Positions 10,372 through 22,066 of a stretch of DNA of 64,000 bases are shown here, piece after piece; positions within the stretch are counted from its first letter, which is position 1, and each line of letters starts with the position of its first letter. The notes beneath the pieces were generated by a model. It ran no database searches. It was not told the origin of the DNA and saw only the letters and a program-made list of their open reading frames with translations. The DNA is taken from NCBI GenBank assembly GCA_963778655.1, contig CAVZVA010000009.1:1312001-1376000 (forward strand), given 5' to 3'. Origin of the DNA: an uncultured delta proteobacterium. Its GTDB lineage: Bacteria; Myxococcota_A; Polyangia; Polyangiales; JAFGIB01. Made by a program: the position numbers and the translations under genes.

Positions 10372-13300
10372 TGCCTGCTGCGGCCGGCATGTCCCGCTAC
10401 CTGCTGGCGGGGCTTCTGCTCGCGTGCCTGGAGCTGGCTCTGGTGCTCGGCACCGCGCGCGGGCTGTTCGGATTCTGCGCGCGAGCTCGCGCTGTACGCG
10501 TGGCTGGCGCTGTCGGCGTTGCCCGCTTTGTGCTGCGCGCTGGGCCTGCTCGCGCACGGCGTGCTGGCCGCGCTCGGCCGCGGGGCGGAGCCGGGCGGGC
10601 CCGCTCACGTGCGTCGTGTGCGCCGATTCGTGTTTGCGCTTGGCTTGCCCTGCGCGGCGTGGATCGCGTGGGCGCTCAGCGCCGGCCGCCGTGCGCGCGC
10701 GGTGCCCGGGCGCGCGCTGTGGGTGGCACTCGCGGCGCTGCTGGCCGCCGGCGTGCTGGCGCTGGCCGCGGGCGCGCTGCTGCGGCTGCGCGTGCGGGCG
10801 CGGGCGCGCCGGCGCTGGGCGATCGCGGTCGCGCTGCTCGCGCTCTGTAGCGCCGCGCTGGCGTTCGACATGCACGTGTTGCAGCGGCTGTACCCGGCGT
10901 TTCACCTGACGCTGGCGGCGCTGGCCGCGGCCGCGGCGCTGGCCGCGGCGAGCCTGTGGGACGTGCCGGGCGGCGGCCGCGGCCGCGTGCCGTGGCTGCT
11001 GTGGATCGCGCTGCTAGTCGCGAGCGCGCTGAGTTGGCGCGCGCTCGCAGTCGCGCCCAACACGCGCTTCGCGATCGGTCAGAGCGCTCCGCTCAGCGGC
11101 AAGTTGCTGCGACTGAGCCGGCTGCGCGCTGCGCGCAAGCCGCGGCCCGCACCGCGACCGCCGCGGCCGGCCGCGCTGGCCGAACGGCGCGAGCAGCGCG
11201 GCGGCATCGACCTGCGCGGCCGCGATGTGCTGCTCATCACCATCGACGCGCTGCGCGCCGATCGCCTGCGCGCGTACGGCGGGCACGGGCTGACCCCCGG
11301 GCTCGACGCGCTGGCCGCGGAATCGGTGGTGTTCCTGCGCGCCTACACGCCCACGCCGCACACCTCGTACGCGCTCTCCAGCCTGATGACCGCCAAGTAC
11401 ATGCAGCCGCTGCTGTCGCTGGACGAGCGCAGCCACGACCACGCCACCTTGGCGCGCCTGTTGCGACAGCATGGCTACCGCACCGCGGCGTTCTTTCCGC
11501 CCGCGGTGTTCTTCGTCGACGGCGAGCGCTTCGACTGGTTGCGCCGAGATCGGCTCGGCTTCGAATACGTCAAGGCGATGTTCGTGACCGCCGCCGAGCG
11601 CGTGCGGCAGCTCGAGACCTACCTGGCGCTTGCCCCTCCCGACCATCCCTTGTTCGCCTGGGTGCACCTGTTCGAGCCGCACGAGCCCTACGAGCCGCCG
11701 GCCGAGTTCGCGCGCGGCGATTCGCCGCTCGAGCGCTACGACGGCGAGGTGGCGGCGGCCGACGCCAGCGTGCCGAAGCTGGTCGCAGCATTCCGGCGCG
11801 CGCGTCCGGGCGCGACCGTGATCGTCACCGCCGACCACGGCGAGGAGTTCGGCGAGCACGGCGGCAGCCACCACGGCACCACGTTGTTCGACGAGCAGGT
11901 GCGCGTGCCGCTGCTGTGGTCGTCACCCGGCCAGACCCATTCCGGCACGGTCTCAGCCGCGGTCGATCTGGTCGATCTCGGCACCACGCTGCTCTCCGCG
12001 CTGGGGATCGCGCGCGACGCGCGCATGCGCGGCGGCGATCTCGGCCCGTTGCTGGCGGGCGCGGCGGCACCGCCGGGGCGCCACGCCTTCGGCTTCATCG
12101 AGGGCGCGCGCATGGTGACCGACGGGCGCCTGAAGCTGATCTGTGGCGAGAGCGAGTGCCAGCTGTTCGACCTCGTGCGCGACGCGGCCGAGCGCAACGA
12201 CCTCGCTGAGCGGCGCCCGCAGCAGGTGTCCGCCCTGCGCGAGCAGCTCGACGATTTCGTGGCGTCACTGCCGCGCGTGGAGGCGCTGCCGATGGGCGCG
12301 CGCGGCGGCTGGCCCGAGGCGTTGACCCGGGCGCGGCTGGGGGACGCCACCGCTGCGCCCGAGCTGGTGCCGCTGCTGTCGTCCGCGCGTCCGGAAGTGC
12401 GTGCCGCGGCGGCGCGCGCGTTGGGGGAGCTGGGGTCGGCGGCTGCGCGCAACGTGCTCTCCGGCATGCGCGCCGAGGACGGCGACGCAGCCGTGCGCGC
12501 GGAGGCCGCGATCGCGGCGCTGCGCCTGGGCGAGCATGAAGCGCAGGCGCAGGTGGCCGCGCTGCTGCCTGCGACCGCGTCGCCCGGGGAGCGCACGCTG
12601 CGCGCCGCGCTCGCGCTCGCGGGCGCGGGCGACGCCGCCGGGCAGGGCGTGCTGCTGGCGGTCGCGGCCGACTCGGGCGCGCAGCTGGAGGCGAGGGCCG
12701 CGGCCGTGCGCGCGCTGGGCGCGCTCGCTGCGCGCGGGGCGCTCGCGCCGGGCAGGGCGCGCGGGGTGCTCGCGAGCTTGCTGCAGGACGTGACGCTTCG
12801 CACGGATGCGGCCGACGCGCTGGGGCGCAGCGGCGACCGGCGGGCGGTCCCGGAGCTCGCGCGCGCGCTGCGGGTCGAGCGCTACCCGCTGGCGCGCGCG
12901 GCCGAGGCGCGCGCATTGCTCGTGCTCGGTGCGCGCCGCGCCGCGCTGCCGGCGATCAAGCGCTTTCTGGGCACCGAGAGCGGCCTGCCCGGCGGGGTGG
13001 GGCTGCTGCTGCAGGCCGGCGCGTTGCGGCCGCCCGGAGGCGGCGGCGCCGACCTGCGCGCCGCCCATGCGGTGCGGCGCGGCCCATGGCAGTGCAGCGC
13101 GGCCGGCTGCCGCCCGCTTGCAGGCGCTGCCATCGCGCTGCCGTTGGGCGGCGCGCCGCCGCCGGCCACGGCCCGCGCCGTGCTGCGCGTGAAGGTGGAG
13201 CAGGGCGGCTCACAGCTGCGCCTGGATGGCAGCCCGCGGCCGCTCGACGCGGGCGTCAGCGAGCTTCCGATCGCGCTGCCGCAAACCCGCGGCGCGCCGA

Positions 13301-13383
13301 TCACGGTCGAGGCCGACCCCGGCGTGTGGCTGCAAGCGATCGCGGTCGTGCCCGCCCGCCCGGAGCCCGTTTCCACCCCCTGA
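10371..13383 (+). CDS. Membrane-anchored sulfatase-like hydrolase/transferase with HEAT-like repeats; probable +1 frameshift near 10470
   Basis: N-terminal TM helices; LITIDALRAD, AYTPTPHT, HLFEPHEPY, YDGEV, TADHGEEF, HHG motifs; C-terminal VRAAAARALG repeats. 5' end is split between ORFs 10371 and 10519. Confidence 0.82.
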
Positions 13384-13408
13384 GCCCGGCGCGAGCGCGG
13401 AGCAGAGG

Positions 13409-13840
13409 TTACAGCAACAGATTGCAGACCGCGGTGCGTAGGTCGTCGAGCTCGAACGGCTTGTCGAACACCGCAGCTGCGCCCAGGCGTCGCGCCTCGG
13501 CGTGCGTCTGGCGGTCGCCGAAGCCCGTGATCAGGATGACCGGCATCGCCCAGTCGGCCCAGCGCAACCCCGCCAGTACGTCCAGGCCGTTGCGGCCCGG
13601 CATGCGGATGTCGGAGATCAGCAGGTCGACCAGCTCGTCGCTATCGCTCTTGAGTCGGTGTGTGGCCAGGTACTGCAACAGCTGCCAGCCGTCGCGGACC
13701 TCGATCACCTCGTAGCCGTCCTTGCGCAGCGCCGAGGCGACCATCTTGCGCATTTCGTCGTCGTCCTCCGCGAGCAGGACGCGTGCCGGCGGTAGCTCTT
13801 GCTCGCTTTCGGCCTGCGGGTGCTCGCCTGTGCTCTGCAT
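13409..13840 (-). CDS. Single-domain response regulator
   Basis: VLLAEDD, SDIRMPG, ITGF, KPF; GGAGG precedes ATG 13840. Confidence 0.92.
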   Translation of the reverse strand: MQSTGEHPQAESEQELPPARVLLAEDDDEMRKMVASALRKDGYEVIEVRDGWQLLQYLATHRLKSDSDELVDLLISDIRMPGRNGLDVLAGLRWADWAMPVILITGFGDRQTHAEARRLGAAAVFDKPFELDDLRTAVCNLLL

Positions 13841-13897
13841 GTGCGTGCCCTCCTGGTGCATGGGCAGGCTGGTCGCCCGCTCTCACCAGACCGTTCC

Positions 13898-13913
13898 TGC
13901 ATCCGCCGTGCCA
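13898..13913 (-). promoter_or_regulatory. Sigma-54 -24/-12 promoter upstream of the response regulator
   Basis: Minus strand TGGCACGGCGGATGCA = TGGCAC-N5-aTGCA with exact GG-N10-GC spacing. Confidence 0.75.
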
Positions 13914-14022
13914 CATCCGGAACGCGGCACCTTTGCGCGTTTCGGCGTCGCGGCTCGCGGCCTTGGCCGTCGCGTTCTGCCCCGTGCCGAGGCAGCCTGG
14001 CACGAGGGCTGATGCGGTCGGC

Positions 14023-15401
<1,379 letters not shown>

Positions 15402-15405
<4 letters not shown>

Positions 15406-16874
15406 ACGTTTGTCTCCGTGTTCGCCGGCGGCAGGTACACGGTGAACGTGCTGCCCTTTCCGGGCTGGCTCTCAAGGGTGATGAACCCGCCGTGCTCGCG
15501 TACGATGCCATATGCCACGGACAAGCCCAGCCCGGTGCCCTTACCCACATCCTTGGTGGTGAAGAACGGCTCGAACACGCGGCTGGCGGTCTCGGGGTCC
15601 ATGCCGCAGCCGTCGTCCTTGACGCACACCCCGCGGAACGCGGCCTCCGGGCCCCCGTGATCGGCCGGGGGTATGACGCGCTCCGAGACGCAGCGCACCG
15701 ACACGTGGCCTCCGCGATCGGTGGCCTGCAGCGCGTTGGCGACGATGTTCATCAGCACCTGCTGGATCTGGCCCTCGTCGGCCAGGGCCACGCAGGCACC
15801 CGTACCGCGGTCGAAGGTGAGCGCGATCCCACGCTCATCGGCCATCTGCGCGAGCAGGGCGACGGCGTGCTCGGCCATCGGGTGCAGGTCCGTGGTCACG
15901 CGCTCGGGTGCGCGCTTGCGCGCGAAGTCGAGCAGCTGGCGTATGATCTGCGTGATGCGCCGGGCCTGCTCGGTGATGATGCGCGCGCTGCTCGCGATCT
16001 CATCGCCGGTGGCTTCGCCCGAAGCGATCATCTGCGCGCGTCCGGCCACCACGTTGAGCGGTGTGCCGAGCTCGTGCGCCACGCCCGAGGCGAGCTTGCC
16101 CACGGTCGCGAGCCGGTCGGCGTGGCGCAGCTGCTCGAGCGCGGCGATGCGCGCCTCGGTCGCGATCCGCAGTCGCTCGTGGGCGGCGGCGAGCTGCTCG
16201 CACATGGCGTTGAGCTCGCGCGCCAACTCGCCCATCTCGTCGCGCTGGGTGAGCGTGAGCGGTCCGCTCAAGTCGCCGGCGCCGATGCGCCGGGTCTTCG
16301 CCACCAGCGCGCCGGCGGGCCGCCCGACGAAGAACACGCCGATGCCCGAGATCACTAGGATGCTGGTGCCCAGCAGCACCGCCGAGCGCAGCGCCGTGTC
16401 GCGCAGCGTGGTGCCGACGTAGGCGTGCTCGGCGGCCAGCGATTCGGTGATCTCGACCGCACCGCGGCGCGGCCCCGGCACGTCGACCGGTACATACGTC
16501 CGCATCGCCCCGATGCCGTCCGCGGCGTTGTCGACCCGCAACGTCACGGCATGACCCGCCAGCAGCCGGGCCGCTTCCTTGGCCGGGACGTGACGGCCCA
16601 CCACGCCCCCGGGGTGCAGCCACACCCAGCGGATGTCGATGTCGCCGCGGCTGCTGTCGACCTCGCGGACGAACGCCAGCCCGACCTCGGCGCCTTGCGC
16701 CTGCCAGACCCGGCGGACGGCGTGGCCAAGCGCGCTGCCGGTGAAACGGGCGTCCTTGCGCATGTCGCTCTCGAACAGCGAGATCTCGCGGTGGACGCGG
16801 GCCAGGGCGTCTCCGGAGATGACTGCGATGATCACGAGCGTCAGCGCAAAGATCAGCTTGCGCGCCAGTTGCAC
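15402..16874 (-). CDS. Sensor histidine kinase (2 TM, HAMP, HisKA, HATPase)
   Basis: AHELGTPL H-box, NIVANALQA, DDGCGM, FEPFFTTK, GTGLGL; probable GTG start at 16874. Confidence 0.95.
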
Positions 16875-16958
16875 GGCGGAGTTGTAGCCGATTTGGCTGC
16901 GCCCGACGAATCGCGAGTTAGGGCCGGCAAAGCCGGTGGCCCTACCGCGCACGCGCGC

Positions 16959-18041
16959 CTAGGGCAGCACGCCCTTGCGGTAGGCCTCGCCCAGGGCGAC
17001 CACGACCTCTGCGGGCACGCCCAGCAGTGTCTCGGCGTAGTGGATCGGATCGCCGGCCTTGGGCTCGAGCACGAGCGTGCGGGCTTGCCTCGGGCCCTCC
17101 AGCACCGACCACACCGTGCGGCTCTGCAGCCGCAGCTTGCCCAGCTCGGTCCAGCGCAGCCGCCGCACGCCCGCGCGCGTTCGCAACAGCAGCTCGGCCG
17201 GGGTGAGGACCAGCGCGATGCCCTTGTGCGCAGCGTTCTCGCGCCTGCGCAGCAGCAGGAACAACCCCGGCACCAGCACCAGGCACAGCCCGATCACCGG
17301 GGCCACGGTCGGCGTCAGGCGCGCGCGCGCTGCGGCCGGCGTTCGCGCCAGCCCGTCGAGCAAGGCCAGGCCGAGCAGCAGTGTGGCGTTGGGCCCGCTG
17401 CGCAGCCAGGCGCGGCCGCGCTCGATCACCGCGGTGCCGCCGGGGCGCTCGCCTGCGGCGACCGCGTCGAACAGCTTGCTGGCGAGCTCGACCGGCTCGC
17501 GCTGCGGCGCATCCTGCGGCTGCGGGATGGCGCCGCGCCAGCGCATCAGGCGCTCGGCCAGCGCGCCCGGCGAGCGCGCGAACAGCGGCGGGATCGCGGT
17601 GTACAATCGGCCGCTGTCCGGACGCGTCACCACATACACGTCGGCCCAGCGCCCCGCCTCGTCGTGCTCTTGCCAGGCGCCGCGCTCGCAGATGTCGACC
17701 ACATCGTGCTTGAGCAGCGCCAGGTCGCCGTGTGGCGTGCGCAACAGCAGGCCCTGCTCGCACAGCGCGAGCGCGTAACGCCTGCGCTGCAACGCGGTGC
17801 GCACGCGCTGCCACAGCCGCGCGCCGAGCCATAGCGCGCGCACGCTGAGCGCGAGCGCCAACAGGCGCAGCGCCAGCGCGAGCGGGTCGAGCGGCTGGGA
17901 GAGACCCTCGCGGAACACGGCTGCCGCCCACACGAACGCCGCGAGCAGCGGCGCAACCAGGGCCCGCCGGCCTCCGGCGTCGAGCACCACCGGCGGCAGT
18001 GGGGCAAGCAGCTCGACCTCTTCGGCCGGCTCGCCCCGCAT
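16959..18041 (-). CDS. Hypothetical membrane protein (two TM pairs, each followed by a soluble segment)
   Basis: 3' part of ORF 16959..18452 with GC3-rich codons and hydrophobic helices; start uncertain. Confidence 0.7.
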   Translation of the reverse strand: MRGEPAEEVELLAPLPPVVLDAGGRRALVAPLLAAFVWAAAVFREGLSQPLDPLALALRLLALALSVRALWLGARLWQRVRTALQRRRYALALCEQGLLLRTPHGDLALLKHDVVDICERGAWQEHDEAGRWADVYVVTRPDSGRLYTAIPPLFARSPGALAERLMRWRGAIPQPQDAPQREPVELASKLFDAVAAGERPGGTAVIERGRAWLRSGPNATLLLGLALLDGLARTPAAARARLTPTVAPVIGLCLVLVPGLFLLLRRRENAAHKGIALVLTPAELLLRTRAGVRRLRWTELGKLRLQSRTVWSVLEGPRQARTLVLEPKAGDPIHYAETLLGVPAEVVVALGEAYRKGVLP

Positions 18042-18100
18042 CACCGCTTCCGCCCGTTCGAATCCAGCTCGCCATCGCGTGTGGGGTCCCCGGCGCCGGC

Positions 18101-18445
18101 TCAACGCGTGCAGGCGCAACGCCGTGCCGCCTGCGCGGCCAGGCCGCCGGCGCTGTGGCGGGCGTCGTGGCAGCGCGCGAGCGCGTCGGCGTCGGCGATT
18201 TGGGTTGCGATGCGGCAAATCCCGGCCTGCGCCCGGTCCGCGCCCGAGGCGGCCGAGCAGGCCTCGTCGCAGGGTGTGTCCGCGCGCGCGATCAGCGCGC
18301 GCGCACGCGCCACCGCAGCCTCGTGCACCTGAATCTGCGCAAAGGCCCGGTCCAGCGCGGCCTGCGTCGTGGCAGGCGCGCCCGCCCCCGCGCAGCCGGC
18401 CGCGCCGGCCAGCCAGAACAACCCGAATGCCAAGGCCTTGCCCAT
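18101..18445 (-). CDS. Small Cys-rich lipoprotein
   Basis: MGKALAFGLFWLAGAAGC lipobox; CDEAC, ICRIA, RCHDA, RCAC. Confidence 0.7.
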   Translation of the reverse strand: MGKALAFGLFWLAGAAGCAGAGAPATTQAALDRAFAQIQVHEAAVARARALIARADTPCDEACSAASGADRAQAGICRIATQIADADALARCHDARHSAGGLAAQAARRCACTR

Positions 18446-18455
18446 CTGACAAATG

Positions 18456-18499
18456 CGCCGCCGTCGGCGGCGTGAGGTATAACGCGGGTGAGGTATAAC
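18456..18499. promoter_or_regulatory. Palindrome plus direct repeat in a divergent intergenic region
   Basis: CGCCGCCG-T-CGGCGGCG (18456-18472); GTGAGGTATAAC at 18472 and 18488. Confidence 0.5.
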
Positions 18500-18675
18500 A
18501 GGTGTCGGCATGGGGCGTCCGCCCCGGCGCTGATCGCGGCGCAGGTGCGGGTGCGCTGGCGGTGGGCTCGGTGCGGCGCGTGTCGGCGGTTGCAGATTCC
18601 GATTAGCAGAGCTTTTGCGCGACCGAGCCGGCGGGTGAAGCGAGGGCCTGCCCGAGATCAAGAGGGCTGTACGGC

Positions 18676-19392
18676 ATGCCGCACGTCGATCACGCCAACC
18701 GCGAGCTGCGCCTGAAGCTGGTCTACTACGGGCCCGGCTTGGGCGGGAAGACCACCAACCTCGAGCACATCCATCGCAAGGCCAGGCCGGACATGCGCGG
18801 CAAGCTGGTGGCGCTCAACGATGGCGCCGAGCGCACGCTGTTCTTCGATTTGCTGCCGGTGGACCTGGGGACGTTCAAGGGTTACAGCGTGCGCGTCCAC
18901 CTGTGCACCGTGCCCGGCCAGATCGCGCACGATCGGGTGCGGCGCCTGGTGCTGCGCAACGTCGACGGGATCGTGATGGTCGTCGACAGCCAGATCGAGC
19001 GCGTCTACGAGAACATCGAGAGCATCCGCAATCTGGAGACCAACCTGCGCCTGCAGGGCGACGACGCCTCGCGGTTGCCGATGGTGGTGCAATACAACAA
19101 GCGCGACCTGCGCAGCGCGGTGGCGGTGCCCACGCTGCGCGACGTGCTGGGCGTGCCTGAGCAGGTCGCGCAGATCGAGGCGGTGGCAAGCCAGGGGATC
19201 GGGGTGCAGGAGACGCTCAAGGCGATCCTCAAGGCCAGCCTCTCGCTGGTCGAGGAGCCCTCGGCCGCGCCCGCCGGCCGCAGCCCCTCCATCCTGCCGG
19301 GCCGCCACGTGTCCATGTTCCCCGGTGCGATAGCCCCAGCCTTGGAGCAACAACGCCTGCGCCGAGCCCACGCCGCCTCCGAAGAGGAGTAG
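18676..19392 (+). CDS. MglA-family small Ras-like GTPase (orphan, C-terminal extension)
   Basis: KLVYYGPGLGGKTTNL, ERTLFFDLLP, TVPGQ, QYNKRDL. Confidence 0.92.
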   Translation: MPHVDHANRELRLKLVYYGPGLGGKTTNLEHIHRKARPDMRGKLVALNDGAERTLFFDLLPVDLGTFKGYSVRVHLCTVPGQIAHDRVRRLVLRNVDGIVMVVDSQIERVYENIESIRNLETNLRLQGDDASRLPMVVQYNKRDLRSAVAVPTLRDVLGVPEQVAQIEAVASQGIGVQETLKAILKASLSLVEEPSAAPAGRSPSILPGRHVSMFPGAIAPALEQQRLRRAHAASEEE

Positions 19393-19420
19393 CGCCCAGC
19401 TCGGCGTCCCGACAGCAGGC

Positions 19421-19439
19421 TCACAGGAAGGCGGGAAGA
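19421..19439 (+). repeat. Dispersed intergenic repeat, copy 1
   Basis: TCACAGGAAGGCGGGAAGA, identical to 58945-58963; lies between convergent genes. Confidence 0.75.
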
Positions 19440-19474
19440 ATGGACCTGCTCATCCCTTCCGATTGCGCGTTTGG

Positions 19475-22066
19475 TCACCGCGTGCCTGGCAGCCGCAGCA
19501 CCACGCCGGGGCTCTCCTGGCGCGGGTAGACGCGGACCGGGGTGGGGCGGGCGCTGGCTCCGGCCTGCGGGTGACGCGCGCTGAGCGTTCGCTCGCCGGG
19601 CGCCACGTCCTGCAGGCGGAAGACCCCGTGGCGGTCGCTCCGCACCGAGTGGCCCCAGGTCGGCGGATCGCCGAGCGCGACTTCGGCGTCGAACACCGGC
19701 GCGCCCAGCCGGTCGACCACGGCGCCGCTGACCAGTCCCGCCGGGTGCAAGGGCAAAGGGTCGAGCTCGCGCGTCTCGCCTTCGCCTGCGACGGCCTCGA
19801 AGCGCTCGGGCACGTAGCCCGAATGTCCGATAAATCCGCTGTATTTACCAGCGATTAGGTTCTTAAACTCGAATTTGCCTCGAGTGTCCGTGCGGCCCGC
19901 GTGGCGGGCGTGGCCCTTGCCTCGAAGGGTCACGCGGGCGTTGGCCACGCCCTCGTTCGTCATTGCGTCGATCACGGTGCCCCAGACGCGCGCGCCCGGC
20001 CGCAACTCGATCGAGACCTCCTGCTCCGGCCCGGGCGAGAGCGGGCCCATGCGGGTCGGGGCGTAGGCCTCGTGCTCGACCACGATCCGGTAGGGGGGCG
20101 CGGCGAGCCCCTCCACGCGGAAGCTGCCGTCCGCAACCGAGATCGCGCTGCGCTCGCCGGGGGAGCGCGGGCTGACCGCCTCGACCCGGATCCGCGCCCC
20201 TTCGATCGGAAAGCCGCGCGCGTCGTGCACGCGGCCCAGCAGAGGTCGGCCCGAGGACGCGAGCCGCAGCAGCAGCTCGCGCCGCTCACCGGAGCCGACC
20301 TGGGTCTGCTCGCGCAGCGCGGGGGCATCGGGCGCGAACGCGGTGACCACACACTTGCCGCGCACGGCTTCGAGCAGGAAGCGCCCGTCCTGGCCGCTGA
20401 GCGTGGTGCGCGCGGCGCGCTCGCCTTCCACCTCGATCTGCAGGCGCACGGCGGCGACCGGCTGCCCTTGGGCATCGAGCACGCGGCCGGCGAGCGTGCC
20501 GCCGCGCGGCAGCTCGATGCGCAGGCCCTCGAGCTGCTGGCCGGCGCGCACGCGGCGCGGCGCGCTGGTCCCGGGTGCGTACCCGGCCAGCCGCGCCACG
20601 ACCTGCACGCGTCCGGCCGGCACGCCTTCGATACGGAAGCGGCCGTCCGCGTCGCTGGCAAAGCCTGGCACCGGCAGCGCCCCCGCTGTGGACCCCGGCG
20701 GGGCGAACACGGGCACCGGCGGCACCGCGCCGAAGGTCACGCCCAGGTTGTCCGAGGCGGGCGCCGCGGGGGCCTGGGCGCCCGGCGGGTGCGTGGCGGC
20801 CGCCGCTGTGGCCTGCGGCGGGCTCACGTGGATCGGTCCGCCCGCCTCCGCCGTGCCCGTGACCTCGAGCTCGGCACCGGCGATCGGCTCGCCGTGCTCG
20901 CCGACCACCTGGCCCGAGAGCACCGCGGCGCGCCGCAGCGTGATCTCCTGGCGTTCGGGGCGCGGCGTGTATAGCGCGCCCACGATCGCGACGTAGCCCG
21001 GCGCGCTCAGCCACAGCCGCTGCGGAAGGTGGCGCAGCGCCTCGACCGTGAACTCGCCGCGTGCATCGGTCTGGGTCGAGATCGGCGTGGCCGTCAGCGC
21101 GTCCTCGCCCACGACCACGCGCACGCCGCCCAGCGGATCGCCGCTTTCGGCGTCGACCACACGTCCGAGCAAGCGGGCGCCGGGCTCGAGCTCGAGCACC
21201 ACGCGCGACTCGGCTGCGGGCTGCACCAGCACCCCTTCGCGCGGCGCCGAGGTCAAGGTGCCACGCGTGGCGCGCAGCTCGTAGACGCCGGCCGGGATCG
21301 GCGTCAGCTCGAAGCGGCCGCCGGCATCGCTGGTCAGCGCCTTGGGTGGCCATACCCCGCTGCCCGCGACCGTGACCGTGGCGCCGGCCGCGGGCTGCCC
21401 GCTGACATCGAGCACCTGCCCCGAGAGCGTGGCGGTGCGCTGCAGCACGATGCGCAGCGGTTGGGTCGCGGGTGCGACCACCGCCGGCAGCACGGCCAGC
21501 TCGTGGTGGGCCAGGCGCGCCTGGACCGCGTAGCGGCCCGCCGCGAGCTGCCCGAGCCGGAAGCGCCCACCTGCGTCGCTGCGCACCTGCGCCACCGGCT
21601 CCGGGCCGTCCTGGGTGCGCGCCTCGATCTGCACGCCGGGCAGCGGCGCGCCGCTGTCGTCGACCACCGCGCCGCCCAACGCAGCCTCGGGCTGCATGCG
21701 CAGGGCGAGCGTGTTGCGGCCCGGGCGCAGCCGCAGCGCGCGCGCCACGCGCGCGGCCCCAGCTGCGCTCAGCTGGAGCTGGGCGGGTCCGGGTACGAGC
21801 GGCTGCAGGCGCACCCGGCCCTGGGCGTCGGCCCGGGCTGTTCGCAGGGCGTGCCCGGCTTGGCGCACGGAGGCGGCGGCGCCCGCGGCCGGGCTGCCGT
21901 CGGGCGCCTGCACGGCCAGCTCCAGCCGCACCGCTGCGGGCTGCGGCGGGCCGCCGTGCCGCAGCGCCGGCCGCAGCGCGAGCACGCCGCCGAGGGCGGC
22001 GCCGGCGGCGAGCACGGCCACTCCTACGGCCGCCAGGGCCCTGCGCCTGGGCCTGCTCGGGTTCAC
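19475..22066 (-). CDS. Protein with multiple carboxypeptidase-regulatory-like (transthyretin-like) domains
   Basis: N-terminal TM/signal, then repeated GxVxD..G.P..GA.V...SDA.GRF.L..L..G.Y units. Confidence 0.88.
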   Translation of the reverse strand: MNPSRPRRRALAAVGVAVLAAGAALGGVLALRPALRHGGPPQPAAVRLELAVQAPDGSPAAGAAASVRQAGHALRTARADAQGRVRLQPLVPGPAQLQLSAAGAARVARALRLRPGRNTLALRMQPEAALGGAVVDDSGAPLPGVQIEARTQDGPEPVAQVRSDAGGRFRLGQLAAGRYAVQARLAHHELAVLPAVVAPATQPLRIVLQRTATLSGQVLDVSGQPAAGATVTVAGSGVWPPKALTSDAGGRFELTPIPAGVYELRATRGTLTSAPREGVLVQPAAESRVVLELEPGARLLGRVVDAESGDPLGGVRVVVGEDALTATPISTQTDARGEFTVEALRHLPQRLWLSAPGYVAIVGALYTPRPERQEITLRRAAVLSGQVVGEHGEPIAGAELEVTGTAEAGGPIHVSPPQATAAAATHPPGAQAPAAPASDNLGVTFGAVPPVPVFAPPGSTAGALPVPGFASDADGRFRIEGVPAGRVQVVARLAGYAPGTSAPRRVRAGQQLEGLRIELPRGGTLAGRVLDAQGQPVAAVRLQIEVEGERAARTTLSGQDGRFLLEAVRGKCVVTAFAPDAPALREQTQVGSGERRELLLRLASSGRPLLGRVHDARGFPIEGARIRVEAVSPRSPGERSAISVADGSFRVEGLAAPPYRIVVEHEAYAPTRMGPLSPGPEQEVSIELRPGARVWGTVIDAMTNEGVANARVTLRGKGHARHAGRTDTRGKFEFKNLIAGKYSGFIGHSGYVPERFEAVAGEGETRELDPLPLHPAGLVSGAVVDRLGAPVFDAEVALGDPPTWGHSVRSDRHGVFRLQDVAPGERTLSARHPQAGASARPTPVRVYPRQESPGVVLRLPGTR

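Noticed and set aside
7870..10905. Long antisense or alternative-frame ORFs (also 24607..26916, 40309..43599, 44133..46982, 13660..15660, 54690..56639)
   Set aside because: They overlap well-supported genes, are Arg/Ala/Gly-rich without motifs, and are expected from stop-codon scarcity at high GC.
19823..19850. ATGTCCGATAA as a possible XerC arm of a dif site
   Set aside because: The sequence 6 nt downstream (TGTATTTACCA) is a poor match to the XerD arm TTATGTTAAAT; kept only as an unexplained AT-rich patch.
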